64,000 nt of DNA, from NCBI GenBank assembly GCA_963797555.1, contig CAWCPV010000014.1, forward strand, positions 448,001-512,000, in the 5' to 3' direction. Shown here piece by piece: positions 58,379 through 64,000 of the stretch. Within the stretch, counting starts at the first letter, position 1; every line of letters begins with the position of its first letter. Source of the stretch: an uncultured Gammaproteobacteria bacterium (GTDB taxonomy: Bacteria; Pseudomonadota; Gammaproteobacteria; CAWCPV01). Under the pieces are notes generated by a model that did no database searches, was not told where the DNA came from, and saw only the letters and a program-made list of their open reading frames with translations. The translations under genes were made by a program, and so were the position numbers.

Positions 58379-59785
58379 ATGATCAAGCATTTCTTCGCGG
58401 TGCTCACGCGCAACTGGGTGAGCCTCGTAGGTACCTCGCTCGCAATCATGAGCATGGTGGTCATCATCATACTGTTCATGGTGCAGAGCCTGGGCTTCCA
58501 AGGAGGCCCATACCTCGGCATCCTGACCTACCTGATCTTGCCCGCGTTCTTCGTACTCGGGCTGTTGCTCATCCCGTTCGGCCACTTCAGGCAGCGCCGC
58601 CGTGAGCGCCAGGCGGCCGCCCACGGCGAGGCCGTTCCACGTTTCCCGGTGATCGATCTCAACCAGGAGCGAACCCGCGGCTTCGTGCTGGTGTTCCTGC
58701 TCGCCACGGTGGTCAATGTCGTCATTCTCGCTGGTGCTACCTACAAGGGCGTGGAGGTCATGGACTCGACCCAGTTCTGCGGTTCCACCTGCCATACGGT
58801 GATGCAGCCGGAATACACCGCATATCAGCGGTCTCCGCATTCGCGAGTGACCTGCGCCAGTTGCCACATCGGCCCGGGCGCGGACTGGTTCGTCAAGTCC
58901 AAGCTCTCGGGCTCGTGGCAGGTCATCGCGGTGGCGTTCAAGGCGTATCCAAGGCCGATTCCGACCCCCTTGCACGACTTGCGCCCGGCGCGGGAAACCT
59001 GCGAGCAGTGCCACTGGCCGACCAAGTTCGCAGGCGACCGGCTCAGGATCAGGGTGCATTACTCCGAGGACGAGAAAAACACCGAACTGCGCTCTGTCCT
59101 TCTGGTGCGGATCGGAGGGGTGCAGGCGCACGGATCCTCAGGCATCCACCGGCACGTGGACCCTGGGATCAAGATCCGCTACCTCTCCGATTCGAAGCGC
59201 GAGACGATCTATCAGGTCGAGCTGACCTCGCGCGACGGCGGCGTAAAGACCTTCAATGGCGAAGCGCTACCCCCTGAAGAAGCGGTATGGCGGACGATGG
59301 ACTGCGTCGATTGCCACAACCGTCCGACGCACATTTTTCGCCAGCCCGCGGACGAGGTGGACGCAGCGCTCCAGGATGGGAGAATCGATCGAGGTCTGCC
59401 CTTCATCAAGCGCGAGGGGCTGCGTGCAGTTCAGGTTGCCTACTCGTCCCACGACGCGGCGCGTCAAGGCATTGCGAAGGAAATCGACGCCTTTTACCGG
59501 CAGCATTACCCGCGGGTCGCCGCGTCTCGTGCGGCGGCCGTTCAGCAGGCCGGCAAGGCGCTCGGCGACATATACTGCTGGAACGTCTTCCCCAAGATGC
59601 GAGTGACTTGGGGGACATACCCGAGCCACATCGGGCACAAGGATTCGCCGGGCTGCTTTCGCTGTCACGACGGCAACCACAAGAGCGCTTCGGGCGAAGC
59701 GATCTCGAACGATTGCTCGACCTGCCACTCGCTCCTCGCCGTAGAGCAGGAGAACCCGGAGATCCTCAAGCGGCTGCAGCCCTGA
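58379..59785 (+). CDS. Membrane-anchored NapC/NirT-domain multiheme cytochrome c (ImcH-like)
   Basis: Three N-terminal TM segments; CGSTCH plus CASCH, CEQCH, CVDCH, CFRCH, CSTCH. Confidence 0.85.
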   Translation: MIKHFFAVLTRNWVSLVGTSLAIMSMVVIIILFMVQSLGFQGGPYLGILTYLILPAFFVLGLLLIPFGHFRQRRRERQAAAHGEAVPRFPVIDLNQERTRGFVLVFLLATVVNVVILAGATYKGVEVMDSTQFCGSTCHTVMQPEYTAYQRSPHSRVTCASCHIGPGADWFVKSKLSGSWQVIAVAFKAYPRPIPTPLHDLRPARETCEQCHWPTKFAGDRLRIRVHYSEDEKNTELRSVLLVRIGGVQAHGSSGIHRHVDPGIKIRYLSDSKRETIYQVELTSRDGGVKTFNGEALPPEEAVWRTMDCVDCHNRPTHIFRQPADEVDAALQDGRIDRGLPFIKREGLRAVQVAYSSHDAARQGIAKEIDAFYRQHYPRVAASRAAAVQQAGKALGDIYCWNVFPKMRVTWGTYPSHIGHKDSPGCFRCHDGNHKSASGEAISNDCSTCHSLLAVEQENPEILKRLQP

Positions 59786-59896
59786 AAGCGTGTGAATCAA
59801 TCGCAGTGGCCCCGGCTGGTGTCTTATTCAGAGGCATGACACCTTGATCCATGGGACGGATCGATCCAGCCCTACGGTTTTTTTCAGAACCTCTGA

Positions 59897-61037
59897 GAGG
59901 GCGTTTACAAAATCGGGCATAATTGGCGGCGTCTGTCATAGCCAGGAGGACGCCCTGTGGCCAAGCGTGGACGCCCGCGCAAGATTCAGTCTGAACACCG
60001 TTGCGCGCTCGTTGCGATTGTCGAAGCCAACCCCACGGCGACGTTGGAAGAGGTCCAGGCAGAGTTGGCGCGACGAACGGGTTTGCAGGCACACGGCCGG
60101 ACGATTTTGGCGGCGCTGCGGGAAGCGGGGCTGGAGCGCAGCCAGGACGGCTCGCGAGGGCGGGTAGAAGTCGCCGCGAAGGCGGCTCCTCGCTACGGAT
60201 ACACTGAGGCGCATCGGCGGCTGGAACCGGAGCAGACCTATCCCAGTTGTCTGACCGACGAGGAATGGGTCTTGGTCGAGGGTCTGTTCGACCCGAGCGG
60301 CGCACGGGGGATGCCCCCGCGGTATGAGCGCCGCCGGATGCTCGATGCCTGCTGTTACGTGGTGCGTACGGGATGTTCCTGGCGCATGCTGCCGAAAGAG
60401 TTTCCGCGGTGGCAGAACGTGTACCGGACCTTTCGGCGCTGGAGCGCGCAGGGCAAATTCGAGCAGATGCATGATCGGCTGCGCGAGTTGTGGCGCAGCC
60501 GCGAAGGGCGCGCACAGCAGCCGAGTGCCGCGGTGCTCGATGCCCAGTCGACGCGCACTTCGCCGCAAGGCGGCGAGAGTGGCTATGACGCTGGCAAGAA
60601 AATCAAAGGGCGCAAGCGTCATCTGGTGGTCGACACCCTGGGCTTGCTGCTGGCGGTAAGCGTCAGCGCCGCCAGCGTTCAGGACCGTGATGGAGCGCAT
60701 CCGGTGATGGCCAAGACGATGGCGAAATACCCCAGTGTCCAGACCCTGTTTGTGGATTCGGGCTACGCGGGTCAGTGCGCGCAGACCGTCTCGCAACTGC
60801 ATGGCATTCACGTTCAGGTCGTGCGCCACCCCGCCAATAAGAACGCGGACGCCAAGGGTTTCGTCGTTTTGGCCAAGCGCTGGGTGGTGGAGCGCACCCA
60901 TGCTTGGAACGAGCGCGCGCGGCGTCTGGTGATGCATCATGACCGGCTGTCAAGCCTCTCCGAGGCACGGGTCTGGCTCACCGAGGCACGCATGCTCGCG
61001 CGACGCTTGACCACTTAGAGATTGTGTAAACACCCTC
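59897..61037 (+). mobile_element. IS5 family insertion sequence
   Basis: IRs GAGGGCGTTTACAAAA / TTGTGTAAACACCCTC. Confidence 0.85.
59957..61018 (+). CDS. IS5 family transposase with extra N-terminal HTH
   Basis: YPSCLTDEEW, RTGCSWRMLP, DAQS, GYDAGKKIKGRKRHLVVDTLG, DSGY, RWVVERTHAW. Confidence 0.92.
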   Translation: MAKRGRPRKIQSEHRCALVAIVEANPTATLEEVQAELARRTGLQAHGRTILAALREAGLERSQDGSRGRVEVAAKAAPRYGYTEAHRRLEPEQTYPSCLTDEEWVLVEGLFDPSGARGMPPRYERRRMLDACCYVVRTGCSWRMLPKEFPRWQNVYRTFRRWSAQGKFEQMHDRLRELWRSREGRAQQPSAAVLDAQSTRTSPQGGESGYDAGKKIKGRKRHLVVDTLGLLLAVSVSAASVQDRDGAHPVMAKTMAKYPSVQTLFVDSGYAGQCAQTVSQLHGIHVQVVRHPANKNADAKGFVVLAKRWVVERTHAWNERARRLVMHHDRLSSLSEARVWLTEARMLARRLTT

Positions 61038-61040
61038 TCA

Positions 61041-61257
61041 GAGCCTGTGAAGAAATCGTCGCGCGCGGCCCGAGAGCAAGGCGCACGGAGCGCAGCGACG
61101 AGACATACCAAGTAGATAGACGAGGAGCGACCGAATGGCAGGATGGCCATTCGGCACGTCCGCAGGACGCCCAAAAGGGGTGGCGTACAGGGGGGTACGC
61201 CATGAACACCGCGCAACGCGGCTATCGGGACGCGCAGTAGATCTATTTCACAAGCTC
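61041..61257 (+). repeat. MITE-like element, copy B (~217 bp)
   Basis: Termini GAGCCTGTGAA.../...TTCACAAGCTC; internal palindromes CCGAATGGC-AGGATG-GCCATTCGG and TGGCGTAC-N6-GTACGCCA. Confidence 0.8.
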
Positions 61258-61460
61258 TCGGCGGGTTTCGCCCGGCCGCAACCTGATATGCGCAGCCTTT
61301 TTTGTCTGCGGAAGGCCGCTCAGCCACAATACAGCGGGGCTCCTGATGAAATCGTCACGAGGCCGCAACCCGATGCGCGGCGGATTCGTTAACAAGCGCT
61401 CCGCAAGGTAACGGAATCTTCGTCCCACCGAGCCGAGCCGTCAAGCTACACCCCGATCGA

Positions 61461-61946
61461 TCACCGCGGAGCAGGGGAAACCGGACTGCGAAGTTCGCGC
61501 GCCATCCGCATTGCCGGCTCACGTCCACCGTAATAACCGGGCAAGTACGCAGTCTCCCGAAAACCAAGCCTGCGATAGAAGCAACGTGCCGCGTGGTTGT
61601 AAACACGAACTTCCAGATAGATGGTTTCAATGCCTGCCACGACGGCGGACTCCGACAACCAAGCGAGCAGCCTGCGGCCAAGGCCGGACCGCCTGTATTC
61701 GCGCTGCACCGCCAACAGATGCAGGTGTGCGTCGTCCAGGCCGAAATACATGACAGCGAATCCGATCACGCGCTGGTGGTGATCGGCAACCACGGTCACC
61801 GTATCCCTACAGCGGATGCTTCTCACCACACGGTTCGGGGTCCAGGACCAGGGCAAGCCGGTCTCTATCAGCTCCCGGGACATCAGGGCGATCCGCTCGG
61901 CGTCGGCCCGTCTAGCCAGTCTCAGCGTGATGCTCTCGAAATCCAT
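61461..61946 (-). CDS. GNAT N-acetyltransferase (RimI-like)
   Basis: AHLHLLAV..EYRRSGLGRRLL, LEVRVYN..A..FY..LGF....GYY. Confidence 0.85.
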   Translation of the reverse strand: MDFESITLRLARRADAERIALMSRELIETGLPWSWTPNRVVRSIRCRDTVTVVADHHQRVIGFAVMYFGLDDAHLHLLAVQREYRRSGLGRRLLAWLSESAVVAGIETIYLEVRVYNHAARCFYRRLGFRETAYLPGYYGGREPAMRMARELRSPVSPAPR

Positions 61947-62039
61947 TGCTGCTTGCGCCCATGTCTCGGGGTAGCACCCGTTGCCCACCCCGCCGGAGTC
62001 TCCGCCGGCAAGCGGCTTCACCAGTATGCCCTACGGAGA

Positions 62040-62285
62040 GCACAGATTCTCGACCAGCACACCGGCACGCCGGTGAATGCCAAGTCACACCCAGTTCTTG
62101 ACAGCTATCGCCGGCCCCCACGGCACCGGCCGCCGATCCACGCCATGCACCTGAATCACGTGCTTTGCCAAATCGATCCCAACAGTCGTAATCTTCATCT
62201 CGGTCGCCTCTCTCGGTTGGTGGAACTTCGCCTCTCCACTCCGGCACTCCAATGCCGCTTCGGGAAGGGGTGACCATCCCATTAA
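62040..62285 (-). mobile_element. IS110 family remnant (left end and transposase N-terminus)
   Basis: MKITTVGIDLAKHVIQVHGVD (ATG at 62198) then degenerates; upstream TAATGGGATGG... end-like sequence. Confidence 0.7.
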
Positions 62286-62973
62286 GGCCGTGGACCGAGC
62301 CCGGTCGGCGGACTGAACCGTCCCCACCCCACTTTGCCGGTTACTCGGCGTCCGAATAACCCTGTCCGAAAGATCCGCCCGCACTGGGACACGCAGAAAG
62401 CGCGGCGGCCGAGGCGTGAGCTCCACGAAGGCGCCTCTTGCGTCAAGCACGCAGGACGACGATGCACAGGAAAGGCCAGCGGTTGCACGCGGCGGGGCTG
62501 GGACGAGACAACTGGCAAGGATAAGGATACGCGATGCCGCTGCTGTCGCGGCTCGGCTATGCGGAGCCACCGCTCCCGCGGATAAGAACGGCCAACGAAT
62601 ATGCCGGGACCGTATCCGGCCCCGTCCTTCCAGCCGGCTCCTCCTGCATCCCTCAACTGACCCGAAGCTTGACGGGCCTGCCCGCTCGGGCGAACATTCG
62701 CAGGTATTGGGGTGCCCTGCCGGCCCGCTCCCGGCATGTTTGTTCGCCTTCGCGGGCGGCTTGGGGCTATGAGGGGTGCTGGCTTGGGGCAGCGGCTCCC
62801 GTGCCGGATCGGCCGTCACGCCCCTAGGTGTAACCCCGCGTCTGCCCCTGGCCCTAAGAATGCGTACAGGTCTCTGCCGCGGGCGGGGAGGAATACATCC
62901 TGTTAGAACCCCGTCACGCCGGCTGGCCGGGTTAACGCCCGAGGGTCGCGCGGCGCTGGCTGCTTCGGAGGAC

Positions 62974-63408
62974 ATGCGCATGGAGACCGTGAGACAGCTT
63001 CTTGAGGAGAAGGGCCGCGAGGTGTGGTCCGTGGCACCGGATACCTCGGTTTTCGACGCGCTCAGGCTGATGGCGGACAAGAACGTGGGAGCTCTCGTCG
63101 TCCTGCACGAGCAGAAGGTGGTCGGACTCATCTCCGAGCGCGAATACTCCCGACAGGTCGTCCTGCAGGGGCGCTCGTCGAAAACCACGGCGGTGCGCGA
63201 GATCATGGCGACCCCCGTGCTCTACGCCCGGCCGGACCAGAGCGTCGAGGACTGCATGGCGCTCATGACGGACAAACGGACCCGCCACCTGCCCGTGCTG
63301 GACGGAGAGCGGTTGATAGGCATCCTCTCCATCGGCGACTTGGTCAAGGCCGTGATCTCGCACCAGCAGTTCATCATCCGGCAGCTAGAGAACTACATCA
63401 CAAGCTAG
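62974..63408 (+). CDS. CBS domain pair protein
   Basis: VFDALRLMADKNVGALVV, GLISEREY, RHLPV, SIGDLVK; RBS GGAGG. Confidence 0.9.
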   Translation: MRMETVRQLLEEKGREVWSVAPDTSVFDALRLMADKNVGALVVLHEQKVVGLISEREYSRQVVLQGRSSKTTAVREIMATPVLYARPDQSVEDCMALMTDKRTRHLPVLDGERLIGILSIGDLVKAVISHQQFIIRQLENYITS

Positions 63409-63736
63409 CCCTGGGTGGCCGCGCAGTCCCGCCGCATCGAAACTCGACGGCTCCGCCTACATGGATGCACTTCCGGCTGGTGGCCATGTGTCGGCACCTC
63501 TCATCGGCTGTTCGATCTTTGGTTGTCGCCGAGGCCGAGGTCGCGGGCGTCATCGAAGGGGCTTGCCGCTGCCTACAGGTCTGCCGCTTGATTTGGGCAC
63601 GGTTGGGCCGCCGGTGCACTCTGCACTACCCGCCCCTTGCACTCTTCACTGTTCGGGATCGGTGCCTGCTGTTCGTCAAAGAGTGGGATGTCCACTTCGC
63701 TCTGCCCCCCTGGATGGACAAATATATGACGAAACT

Positions 63737-63920
63737 GTAACTATTCAGGTATCTCTTGCAGGACAGTCGATTATGCGTGACGCTTTATGCGGGAGGAGAA
63801 TGCCACATTGCACGCACTGGTGGCGCAACAGGCGGCGCTGATCGAGCAACTGCTGCAACGAGTGCGGGAGCTCGAGGCCCGGCTGGCCAAGGACAGCCAT
63901 AACTCGAGCAAGCCACCGAT
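63737..63920 (+). mobile_element. IS66 family left end and truncated transposase N-terminus
   Basis: GTAACTATTCAG end; MREENATLHALVAQQ...ELEARLAKDSHNSSKPP coiled coil, then sequence breaks off. Confidence 0.7.
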
Positions 63921-64000
63921 TACCGGCCGCGGCCGGTGGACCCCGAAGATCTCGTGCTGACGCACCTCATCGATGAGCAGCACCTCAAGACCCCGTTCTA

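Overview
High-GC gammaproteobacterial chromosome segment, probably from a sulfur oxidiser (soxXYZAB present, soxCD not in this window). Positions 1-7300 hold housekeeping/accessory genes (DUF480, glycosyltransferase, HtrA-like protease, ABC exporter). Positions ~7.7-31.1 kb are a decayed accessory region ending at the 3' side of tRNA-Pro(GGG). It carries two adjacent NLR/STAND-type genes (PD-(D/E)XK nuclease-NTPase-helical repeat; PNP-NACHT-pentapeptide-WD40), a three-gene RES toxin/antitoxin/unknown operon, a phage capsid remnant, a 26-aa hydrophobic peptide ORF and many gene fragments. Two near-identical 1415-bp IS4 (IS50-like) copies with 9-bp target duplications each interrupt a putative defence gene. 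The right half holds thrS-infC-rpmI-rplT-pheS-pheT-ihfA, nested IS3/IS1380 elements, arsR-rhodanese-grxC-trxC-secB-gpsA, lysA-dapF-xerC, thiL, the sox cluster, an ImcH/NapC-like multiheme cytochrome, an IS5, two copies of a ~217-bp MITE, and IS110/IS66 remnants. Single-base frameshifts, including one in essential pheT, suggest assembly indel errors, so frameshift-based pseudogene calls are provisional. All family assignments come from motif recognition by eye, not database searches.
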